Of a stretch of DNA of 54,845 nucleotides, positions 10,901 through 20,860 are shown piece after piece. The position numbers and the translations under genes were made by a program. Below the pieces are notes generated by a model. The model had not been told where the DNA came from. It did no database searches and saw only the letters and a list, made by a program, of their open reading frames with translations. Every line of letters begins with the position of its first letter. The first letter of the stretch is position 1. The DNA is from Chiloscyllium plagiosum (lineage: Eukaryota). Location of the stretch: NCBI RefSeq assembly GCF_004010195.1, contig NW_025215079.1:3514-58358 (forward strand). Direction: 5' to 3'.

Positions 10901-12586
10901 GGCAGGAGTTACCTGGATGTGAATAAAGTCACATGCCCTCTACATAAAGGTAAGCATCCAGCGACAGAACGGATTAAACATTGGGCAGGTGTAAAACTGG
11001 ACGTGTTTAATCCCAGTGAACTGTAATGTGCCTTGACCTGCTTCGTTTTATTCCCCTGTTTCGTTTTCACTGGGATTTACAGAATATTAAGAATCTGGGT
11101 GAAAGTGATCTCGTGGTCCTGCATCCTCTATTTCACAACTCACCAGGAACCTTTCAGCTTGACAAATATCTCTGAGCTATTTCGTGGTGAGTAATGGAGC
11201 CAGGTGATGACTGCATGTTGAGAACGCGTCCAGAAAACGACTGATAACTAATGGCCGGGCTCCAACATTTCAGCATCCAGCTTCTCAATTCCGATGGATT
11301 GCAACTCCAATGCAGTGCAAATAGACATTTCATGGTGTGGGAGTCAAGAGTCAAAATTAGTGCAACAGCGATCAAACGTTTTATACAGTTTTAATTAGAT
11401 CTGACAGTATAAAGTACAGGGAGTGTCAATTTAACCCCTAGAGTCTATTTGCTGTGTCCATTTTCTGTTCTGATACCATGAGGTGATATATGGATTACCT
11501 GGAGTCTGACAATATTTCTGTGACATTGGTTGGATGTTTTTCAGTTTTGACGTTTCACTCATGAACTGTCAACTCACTCGTTCCCAACAGAACTGAATAT
11601 TTGTTTTGTTGGAGACTGACATCAATTGAGATTCTCTGTGTTTTCATTGTCTGCAGCGTTTGTGTAACTTCATTTTGTTTCTCTTCAATTCATCAGTGAG
11701 CCCTCTGACTACAGCGAATTCGAACATCAGCAGTTTCACAACACCCAGTGGAGCCCAAGATCCTGTGATTACCAACTCCAAGGTGCTGAATGAAAACATC
11801 CAGCCACTTCCCAATGCCACCCTCAGTCAGGTTGTATCACCGTCGACCTTTCACTCTGGACCAACAGACACCTCGCCCTCCCTTGCTCCAACACTACTCA
11901 TAGCTTCAACAGGCCAACTCCCACACATTCTACCTTCACCAACAACATCAGCTCCCTACCCTGCAACAGCTTCTCCAACCAATCAAAATCCACTAGACGC
12001 GAAGAGTGGGAAAGAGTCCTTTGTGGTCGATGCAACGTTCCCATTGGTGATGACTGAAGCATGGTCCACTGTGCCCGGAGAAAGAGCAGAGATGGTGAGC
12101 AATGAGAATGGAGAGGTCGGGGCCAGCGACACTGCTACCATCACCCCCCATGAAACTGCTACCATCATATCAGGTGAGAGTCTGGATACTTGGCCCAGTT
12201 GGGATGTGCCTCTCGTGAGGGGTAAAGTAGCACCTATTGTGGGCACGGAAGCTCCACAAATTGTGAACAATCAAACATCCCTGCTCATAAACAGTGAATT
12301 GGTAACCATTGTGACTGGGAAGCCCGGAAATAAGACTGTCCCTGTCCTGACCACTCTCCGAGCACGGGAAGCCAACGAAAAGACTGTGTTATTGGAGGAC
12401 AAAGTTGGTGGCTCCCCCGTGACTGAGGACACAACACCCATCCCTGAGAATGGGACGCCCAGTGTCATAACCAGGGACACGCCTTCACTCACCAGGAATG
12501 AGACAGGATTCAATGTGAGAGGGGAGCCGACGGTTAATGAGTCTGTCACCAAAACAATGGGTAGGAGCAACAAAACGGCCGTGTGA
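4879..12586 (+). CDS. Transcobalamin/haptocorrin/intrinsic-factor family secreted protein: alpha domain plus mucin-like tail; join(4879-4939,5583-5765,6853-7032,8490-8645,9555-9730,10763-10949,11697-12586), 610 aa
   Basis: Seven exons with GT-AG introns in compatible phases (1,1,1,1,0,1) give one open frame of 1833 nt. Family-like motifs: FYVLALRAWC, VSLAMLALC, TVDVMSTTALTLRC, DGTIGSLDSTGLAMQAL, SYLDVNKVTC. There are six Cys at the family positions. Orthology (TCN1, TCN2 or CBLIF) cannot be resolved by eye. Confidence 0.88.
5583..5765 (+). CDS. Cobalamin-binding-family gene exon 2 (ASEDQQKSILQNIKMELTDQSIITQPWSFIALRLG...KKIET)
   Basis: Acceptor tttgtgtttcag and donor G|gtacga. PWSFIALRLG resembles the family PS(I/V)xI(A/G)LxL helix. 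Confidence 0.85.
6853..7032 (+). CDS. Cobalamin-binding-family gene exon 3 (GDHFPMDLTAFYVLALRAWCQ...RTSSN)
   Basis: Acceptor ctgatccag and donor G|gtaaca. Resembles the TCN2 LALYLLALRANC motif (recalled). Confidence 0.88.
7181..7456 (+). repeat. Tandem duplication, period about 148 bp, spanning an intron/CR1 junction
   Basis: tcagagaacatatccatcagtcaggaaaggtttcatgaaac... occurs at both 7181 and 7329. Confidence 0.85.
8010..8262 (-). mobile_element. CR1 3' end fragment in intron 3
   Basis: Highly similar to 20609-20860 (taacttaacctacgcacccctcaactcactgct...). Confidence 0.75.
8490..8645 (+). CDS. Cobalamin-binding-family gene exon 4 (EHVGGALKRFQEVSLAMLALCQEDE...KELTV)
   Basis: Acceptor tttttaatccag and donor G|gtacgt. 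SLAMLALC matches the family motif. This exon is absent from the supplied ORF track. Confidence 0.85.
9555..9730 (+). CDS. Cobalamin-binding-family gene exon 5 (DVMSTTALTLRCL...DGTIGSLDSTGLAMQ)
   Basis: Acceptor cctgtgtttcag and donor CAG|gtaatg. STGLAMQ matches the intrinsic factor motif (recalled). Confidence 0.9.
10763..10949 (+). CDS. Cobalamin-binding-family gene exon 6 (ALRENINVY...YSCSQT...QGNFGN...GRSYLDVNKVTCPLHK)
   Basis: Acceptor cttctactctag and donor G|gtaagc. Resembles the intrinsic factor end-of-alpha-domain segment KTYLDVPQVTC (recalled). Confidence 0.9.
11697..12586 (+). CDS. Cobalamin-binding-family gene exon 7: 296-aa S/T/P-rich mucin-like tail ending in TGA
   Basis: Pyrimidine-rich acceptor tttctcttcaattcatcag, in phase with exon 6, followed by a long open frame (ORF 11660-12586). 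No Cys and no hydrophobic anchor. Confidence 0.75.
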
Positions 12587-13432
12587 TGCTGTGCCCAGAG
12601 CTGAGGAGTGGGCAGGGGGCAGATAGACTGATCATAGATCGACCAGTCAGACTATTCCCATGAGAAGCAACCAGACTGAACCCATCATGATCAGTGGGAG
12701 GGGCAACATTCCTGACAAGTTACACTCTCTCAACGTCTCATCATCTCCATCATTTCTTTGATCATATTGTTAACAATCTGCATTCTAGACTCAAAGAGAA
12801 TCTATCTGTCATTATAATAAATCATTTAAAATCTTCTCAATCACACCCATTGATCTCTGCTCAAAAAGAAAATCAAACAAACAGCAGACCCATCCCCAAC
12901 TAAATCAAACACAGTTTCTCTGGTCAGTAGAATATCTCAATCACAAGCTCAGAAAGTGGACATGTCTTTGCTGGGAAGCACAGTACCGTGTTCCACAACT
13001 GCTACATCGGGCATAACATTCAACCTTCATAAAGGTTTTCCGGATGGACTGGGCCATGTGATCGAGTCTGGACCTGTATGATTGGTGATTGGTGACATGT
13101 CAACATTATCAAAGCTTTGCAATTCTGAACCCCACAAAATAAATTCAGAGTCATCTCCATCCCACTTCATGTTCACCACCTCTCTATTTCCACCTCCCCG
13201 CATTGATGGATAATGGATAATGTAGTCTGTAGAGAGATCCTCAGTCTCGCTTGGATTTTTAGTGCATCGAAAACTGACTTGAGAGATGGCCTTCTCCATT
13301 TCAGCGTAAACTTGGGTTTTATTTTCCTATTGAACTAATTTTAATTTAAATTAGGTTTTTGTTCACACTGTAATCCTCCAAAGTCTCATCTTTTTGCTTC
13401 TAAAACCTTGATAAATTGCTACAACACGAATC

Positions 13433-13438
13433 AATAAA
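13433..13438 (+). promoter_or_regulatory. Candidate polyadenylation signal of the cobalamin-binding-family gene
   Basis: AATAAA about 850 nt after the stop, followed by GT/T-rich sequence (gtttgatgttgttactttgcttttg). Confidence 0.5.
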
Positions 13439-15319
13439 GTGTATTAATGTTCAGAGTTTGATGTTGTTACTTTGCTTTTGTTAAACAAGAGATTATTTGA
13501 AAGTTTAATCCTGGAGCAACGTCAATTAGTTTTATTTTCAAAAGGCAATTTTAGTGTTTCATCATAAAAGAATCAAAATGTAATATAGCATTACGACATC
13601 ACTTTGTGTTGCTTGTTTCCCAGCACAATTCCAGATTTTCAATAAACTGGACAGTTTGAATGGAGCACTAAAGATTACATTTCCAAATTTGCTGATGGAA
13701 GTCAGCTCATTTGGGATATGAGCTGTGAAGAGAGTTCAAAGGGGACTGGACAGACTACGTGTCCAGTCAATAACATGGCAGATATAACGTAAATAAATGT
13801 TGATGTTCTCCTCTATATTGGTAGAGGAGAAAGAAATCAAAAAGTATTTGATGCAGATCGAGGGGTTGAGAAATTTTGATCACCAAAGAGATTTCACTGT
13901 CCTTTTTCCTGAATCACATGGAGGCGCAGCAAGGTATTAGGAAGGTAAATACTACTTTGGTGACCACCCAGTTGAGTTCAGGAGGGAATGCAGCAGCTTG
14001 CAATTCCATCGAGACTTGATGTAACCACCCTTGGAGTATTTGGTCCAGTTTTGGTCTCCACATCTGAGCAAAGACACAGTTGTCACTGAAGGAGAGCAGC
14101 AGGGAATCCCAAGGCTAATCACTGGTTAAGATATATATTACTTTGGTGACCATCGAGTTGAGTTTAGGAAGGAATGCAACAGGTTGCAGTTTCATTGAGA
14201 CTTGACATAACCACTCCTGGAATTTATCTCTCTATCCCCTCGGCTCCGAGCCTGATGAAGGGCTTCGGCCCGAAATGTCAATTTTCCTGCTCCTTGGAAG
14301 ATGCCTGCGCTTTTCAGCAACACACTCTCCGCTCTGATCTCCAGCACCCGCAGACCTCACTGCCTCCTAATCACTGGGAAAGGACATTTATTTCAGGGTG
14401 ACTAGTGTGGAAACCGGGTCCGCGTTCCACGGTTTTCAAGGCAGCATAGAAACCTGGGAGATAGGAGCAGGAGTGGCTTACCAAAAGCTAGTGGTCTGGG
14501 GGAACAGTCCGTGACAAAGCCAAATGGTGTGCTGGCCTACATGTGAGGGGGATTCAGAGACAGGATTTCAATCCTGTTGCTGCGATAGTGCAGGCCCACT
14601 GGTGAGAGGACACTGGGAGGATTAGCTTTATTGTTTCATGGTGGAATTGAGTCTGATCGCTCTGAACAGAACGTTCTGGATTTTGGTGAAAGTTCAAGTA
14701 ATGTGTGCAGGATGTGGACTCAGTCAGATGGGGCTGTTACTTAGGAATGTGCTGGAGGAGGATTTGTTACGGCATTGTTGGAAACCATATGTGCATGAAT
14801 ATCATCAACTCCATCTTTCTGATCATTGTGGATACACTTCAAGGGAAGGCGGAGGGGACTTGCTGTTGGTCAGAGTCACATCTTTTGTCATGCACCAATA
14901 TCATAGTGAAAGGGCTGGCTGACTTCAGTTAAAAACGATTCAGCTCTGAGTTAACACCTGCCATCGCTGATTGAAATCCAAGGCGACTAGACGTGTTATT
15001 GGTGGACAAATAGAAAATGCTCTGTTTCACGTCCATATTCAAAACATTAACACCAGGCATGCTGTTCATTTAGATCATTTTGATAGACAATTGCTCTCCA
15101 ATTTTTCATGTTAAATCCAACACTTCTGTGGGATCAGTAACTGAACACAGCACAAAAAAAAAAGAAACTGGTTTTGCAGCAATGCTATTGAATTGTGGCA
15201 TCTTCATTTCATAGAATCATACAACATAGAACATATCAGCGCAGTGCAGGCCCTTCGGCCCCCGATGTCACACCGACCTGTCATACCAATCTGAAGCCCA
15301 TCTAACCTACACTATTCAT

Positions 15320-15636
15320 AGAATTCCTACAGCGTGGAAGCATGCCATTCGGCCCATCGAACGCACACCGATCCTCCAAACAGAATCCCACCTAGACCTA
15401 AACCCTACCCTATATCCCTGCACTCCCAATGGCTAATTCACCTAGTCTTCACACCCCTGGACACTATGTGCAGATTTAGCATATCCCATCAAACAAAGCT
15501 AGACATCTTCAGGCTGTGTGTGGAAGCAGGGGAACAGCCATGCTGACACAAACGTGTTAGCTCCACACAGACAGTCGCCCCGAGGCTGGATTCAAACTTT
15601 GCCCCTGGTACTGTGAAGCTGCAGTGCTAACCACTG
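15320..15636 (-). mobile_element. HE1-like SINE, degenerate
   Basis: ctccacacagacagtcgccccgaggctgga...gcagtgctaaccactgag matches the reverse complement of the SINE head at 32745. Confidence 0.7.
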
Positions 15637-15929
15637 AGACAATGTACATGGAAGCAGAGAGGGAAAGAGACTGAAATAAAGATAGAGAACTTGAGAGAAG
15701 AAGAGAGAGAGCAAGAGTCAAAGACAGAGAAAGGTGGCGCCAATGGAGAGGGGGGAAACAGAGAGGGAAATGAAAAGTTCGAAGGAGAGTGAGATAGAAA
15801 GTGAGAGATAAAAATTGAGAGTGAATGCGAGAGAGACAAAAAATGAGAGATAGGGACGGAAACAAAAACTGACAGGGAAACAATGAGAGAGTGAGAAAGA
15901 GAGACAGAGAGAGTGGAAGTAGAACGTGC

Positions 15930-16585
15930 ACGGCGCACGCGCTCACACACCCACACTCACACACCCACACACAGACACACCCACACCGACACACACACAC
16001 ACACACACACACTGACATACCCCCCCCACNNNNNNNNNNNNNNNNNNNNNNNNNNNNNNNNNNNNNNNNNNNNNNNNNNNNNNNNNNNNNNNNNNNNNNN
16101 NNNNNNNNNNNNNNNNNNNNNNNNNNNNNNNNNNNNNNNNNNNNNNNNNNNNNNNNNNNNNNNNNNNNNNNNNNNNNNNNNNNNNNNNNNNNNNNNNNNN
16201 NNNNNNNNNNNNNNNNNNNNNNNNNNNNNNNNNNNNNNNNNNNNNNNNNNNNNNNNNNNNNNNNNNNNNNNNNNNNNNNNNNNNNNNNNNNNNNNNNNNN
16301 NNNNNNNNNNNNNNNNNNNNNNNNNNNNNNNNNNNNNNNNNNNNNNNNNNNNNNNNNNNNNNNNNNNNNNNNNNNNNNNNNNNNNNNNNNNNNNNNNNNN
16401 NNNNNNNNNNNNNCCCATACACACACCCACACACACTCACACCCACCCACACACACTCACATGCACCCACATACACCCGCACACACTTACACACCCACAC
16501 ACACGTTTACACACACGCACATACCATCACACCCACACACACCCGCACACACTTACACGCCCACACCCACACACACAGACACTTA
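15930..16585. repeat. Degenerate CA-rich microsatellite surrounding an assembly gap (N at 16030-16413)
   Basis: Seen directly in the sequence. Confidence 0.95.
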
Positions 16586-17309
16586 AACAATCAGGATCAG
16601 AGATAAAGAGATCGAGATAGAGACAGACATAGGGAGATAAATCTGCAAACAATTTGAGACTGATTTCAATCCGTGCCTGCTGCAATCCATATCCAAAGGT
16701 GGTTGCTCTGAAATTTGGAGCTTGATCTTTGTGTGTATTTGTATTACTCATACAGAACATCCAGATGTCGAATACACTGAGATAGTTCCCATGTATTGTT
16801 TCCTTGGGATCCCTGATTGCCCATTGGGTGATCAGGGCCTTGGCAATCTATCTCTAACCTTCTATAATACAGTCTCCATGCTGTCGGGGTCAGCACAATA
16901 AAGGATAACTTTTCTGGTCATTGAAATACAAAAACACCAAAATGTTTTGTTCACACAGTAAACAGCTAAGATCTAGTGCACTCTGCCTGAACGTGTGGAG
17001 GAGCAGGATCAGTTCAGGCATTTCAAATGAAATGGTGCTTTTGTTTAAAGATGAACAATACACAGTTCTCCCCCAAGTACTGACTGCCTCACAGTGTGGT
17101 GACTCCTCCAGCAGTGCAGCAATCTTTCAAAACTGCCTCTCTGACAGTGTGTTCTCCCTCGGTCAATTCAGCTTATCTCGAGTGCTGGCACTCTCAGAGT
17201 GGAGAGTCCTTCCACAACGAATCTCCACTGCAGCTCTGAGTCAGGCCTGAAATGTTAAGAAAAAAAATCACTCATGGGACATCTTCTTTACTGGCTTTGC
17301 AAGTCACAG

Positions 17310-17600
17310 TTGCCTTAGAGAAGGTGATGGTGAGCTGCCTTCATGAGCCGCTGCAGTGGCTTTGTTGAAGTTATATCCACAATGCTCTTAGGGAGGGAAT
17401 TTCCAGGCGTGACAAATTTCCAACTCAGGATGGTCAGTCGCTTTGAGGGAACTCCAACTCCAACTCCAACTCCAACTCCTAATCTAACCTCCAACTTGCA
17501 GGAGTGGTGTTCCCATGCATCTACTGTCCTTGTCCTTCTATATGGAAGTGATGCTGTGTTTGACAGGTGCTGTCCAATAAGCCTTGGTGAAGAGTGATGT
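17310..17600 (-). mobile_element. LINE 3' fragment (same family as 30330-30700) with an internal (AACTCC)n run
   Basis: Shares gagctgccttc..gctgcagt...gggaatt.ccagg...ggtgttccca with 30350-30600. Minus-strand peptide SPRLIGQHL...RRTRTVDAWEHH. Confidence 0.6.
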
Positions 17601-18669
17601 TTGAGGAGAAACCTGATTATAAAGATCAGCATGAGATTCCTAATTGGCACTAAGTTTTAATACTCTCTGAATAAGAGCAGCAAATCTTTATAAAGACCAA
17701 TATGATTAGCTCAGTGAGCTCAGACAGGCATAGTGACTCTGCTTATTCACCTGCAAGGACCAATGCAGTGAGTAGCAATGATGCAGTCTGTGTTTTTGAC
17801 TACAGTTCGTTAAATTTCAATCAATATTATATTAGAAATTATTAGTCACCCTCAAGCCCAACAGGTTCATCATAAGAGGTCATTACTGGTGACTGAAAAT
17901 TTCATATCTTCCATCCGTTCCTTCAAGAGCTACCATTTCTATGTTGCAGATTTTTCTGTGAAATACGTGGTTATCAAATTTAGATTTTTGTGTTTTAGAG
18001 TATGAGTCTTTCTGAATTGTCGGTGCAGTAAAACCTCTTGCTTCCGATATATTCAATCTGTGCTACTTTGCCCCTGTGATGGGAGACAGATCAATTGAGA
18101 TTCCTGGGTCATATTTATTCACGTGGAAGAGATGAAGTCTCAAAAGTGAACATCGAGAAGAAAATAATATTCATTCGATGAAATGGGTATTAGCAGACCA
18201 TGTAGGTTATTGGCTCAGAGAAGGAATTCAGGGCAGTGGTTAGTGCTTGTTTCAGATTAGAGAGAATCACAGAGTGCTATCCCACAGACATTCATATGAT
18301 GGCCTCCAGAATTTTTAGTTTCGGTTTTCTCAATAAACACGGAAACGAAGAGTAGCAAATCTTCAGTGAGTATGACATGAGTGGTCTGGTGAACTAGACA
18401 GACTGACCAAGATAACTGAGAAAACTGTGAGATGTGAAGATTCTAAAATTCCCATTCCCAGCCCAGTTGACACTTTCAGACCAAGTGGTATTGGTTGTAT
18501 GGGGGGTGGGGGTGGGGGTGGAGGTTTTCTGACCAAATTATAACATGCCAACATGCACTTCTTCCAAATCCACAATCCCAGACCAACCACCTCCTCTCAC
18601 AGCTGAGAGACACGAAGCTCAGGACTTTGAATGCTGGCAAAGCTGGGATGAAAAGCTTGAAGCCATTTG

Positions 18670-19090
18670 GTAACCCTGCGTCAAGAGAAACATGAGCTTC
18701 CTCCCGAAGACAACCTGACCTGAAAGCAAGATTGGTCACTTTTACAGTAATTCCCAGCAGGGGGGAAAAACGGATGTCTGACTCCCCAAGACACATTGAT
18801 GCAAGTTCCAGTCCTAACGTTCAGAGAGAAAACTACATTTGTTGAGGAGTATAAAAGATGGGGATCGGAAGAGTAACCCTGCGTCAAGAGAAACATGAGC
18901 TTCCTCCCGAAGACAACCTGACCTGAAAGCAAGATTGGTCACTTTTACAGTAATTCCCAGCAGGGGGGAAAAAACGGATGTCTGACTCCCCAAGACACAT
19001 TGATGCAAGTTCCAGTCCTAACGTTCTGAGAGAAAACTGAGTTCCAGTCCTAACGTTCTGAGGAGTATAAAAGATGGGGATCGGAAGAGT
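18670..19090 (+). repeat. Tandem duplication, period about 203 bp
   Basis: gtaaccctgcgtcaagagaaacatgagc...ggatcggaagagt occurs at 18670 and 18873 in near-identical form. Confidence 0.9.
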
Positions 19091-19604
19091 CCAAATTGTG
19101 CAGCTCTTTTTGGCTTAAAAATACTTCATCCATAAATTATCTTAGATACAACACAAGTAGTTCACTTAAAACATTCAAAAGCATACACTGAGATAATGAC
19201 ATTCCTCACTTTTAAGGTCAATTCAATTGTTAAACCATAATCCCTACACACATGACAGGAATAGATGTGCATTCCCATTGAAGCCACAAGGAGATCTCCG
19301 AGCATAACAGGCCGTGGGAATATTGTTCACACAGATACGTGGGATGGTGGGTTTTTGCCACTGCTCCATGGTACCTGCTGCCTCAAGCATACCTCACCGT
19401 GTAGTGTTGAGCCTTTGAATTTACCAGTCTGAAACAGTCAATCGGGGTCAACTCTTTCTACTGGAATCCAGCAAGTTTCCGGCAGACCAAAGAGCATCTT
19501 TAAGTGATGGTCCTCCAGGTTCATTCAATTTTAGTTTCGGTGTGTACTCCAGGAACAGGCCATAGAACACAGAGACCTGCATTACAGAACTGCTTGAGAC
19601 TAAC

Positions 19605-19726
19605 GAGGAGAAAGTGAGGTCTGCAGATGCTGGAGATCAGAGCTGAAAATGTGTTGCTGGAAAAGCGCAGCAGGTCAGGCAGCATCCAGGGAACAGGAGA
19701 ATCGACGTTTCGGGCATAAGCCCTTT
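19605..19726 (-). mobile_element. Solo Penelope-type terminal repeat insertion with a 14-bp TSD
   Basis: Flanked by tgcttgagactaac at 19591-19604 and 19727-19740. The body matches 34405-34525 and 35419-35540. Confidence 0.8.
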
Positions 19727-20108
19727 TGCTTGAGACTAACCTCAACAAAGCTTACCAGAAATTGTATGTACACATTGTTCTACGTGCATCACAGAATACA
19801 CTTTTGGATCCTTATGGTCCACTCTTGTTCCTGAGCTTGTTTGAAATCCAGTGGTGTAGTTATAGCTACTGTGTCATTGTGAGATGTCATGACTACTCCC
19901 ATGTTACTGAATCGCTGATGGGACGCAGCATTACTGAGAGGATAGGTGGAAGGGTAAACTAACAGATTTGGCATACAAAGTCCCAGTCTGGCATACAAAG
20001 TATTTATTTACCAGCGTGTGGGGGAGCAGTTCAAGGGTTCATGTCAAGTTACAAATGGTCGTGTCTTCTTTCCATAAAATACAGCTATATGTCCCACTCC
20101 AGGCAGAC

Positions 20109-20608
20109 NNNNNNNNNNNNNNNNNNNNNNNNNNNNNNNNNNNNNNNNNNNNNNNNNNNNNNNNNNNNNNNNNNNNNNNNNNNNNNNNNNNNNNNNNNNN
20201 NNNNNNNNNNNNNNNNNNNNNNNNNNNNNNNNNNNNNNNNNNNNNNNNNNNNNNNNNNNNNNNNNNNNNNNNNNNNNNNNNNNNNNNNNNNNNNNNNNNN
20301 NNNNNNNNNNNNNNNNNNNNNNNNNNNNNNNNNNNNNNNNNNNNNNNNNNNNNNNNNNNNNNNNNNNNNNNNNNNNNNNNNNNNNNNNNNNNNNNNNNNN
20401 NNNNNNNNNNNNNNNNNNNNNNNNNNNNNNNNNNNNNNNNNNNNNNNNNNNNNNNNNNNNNNNNNNNNNNNNNNNNNNNNNNNNNNNNNNNNNNNNNNNN
20501 NNNNNNNNNNNNNNNNNNNNNNNNNNNNNNNNNNNNNNNNNNNNNNNNNNNNNNNNNNNNNNNNNNNNNNNNNNNNNNNNNNNNNNNNNNNNNNNNNNNN
20601 NNNNNNNN
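20109..20608. other. Assembly gap (500 N, probably a fixed-size placeholder)
   Basis: Run of N. Confidence 0.99.
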
Positions 20609-20860
20609 AATATAATAACTTAACCTACGCACCCCTCAACTCACTGCTCTCCATGTGCCTGTCCAGCAGTCGCTTAAATGTCCCCAATGACTCTGCTCCC
20701 ACCACCACCGCTGGCAACACATTCCATGCTCTCACAACTCTCTGTGTAGGGAACCTACCTCTGACGTCTCCTAATATCTTCAAACTATGACCCCTCGTAC
20801 CAGTCAATCCTGCCCTGGGCAAAAGTCTCTGGCTATTGACTCTATTTATCCCTCTCATTA
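20609..20860 (-). mobile_element. CR1 3' end fragment
   Basis: ORF 20625-20858 (TRGHSLK...RVVRAWNVLP...TFKRLLDRHM). Confidence 0.85.

Noticed and set aside
11983..12573. Minus-strand ORFs of 95 and 100 aa
   Set aside because: These are antisense shadows of exon 7 with no independent signals.
12575..12586. C-terminal TAV as a PDZ-binding motif
   Set aside because: The protein has a signal peptide and no TM segment, so the C-terminus should be extracellular.
15557..20790. Long ORFs containing X runs or HT/CV repeats (also 24203-24732 and 46626-47128)
   Set aside because: These are artefacts of N gaps and CA/TG microsatellites.
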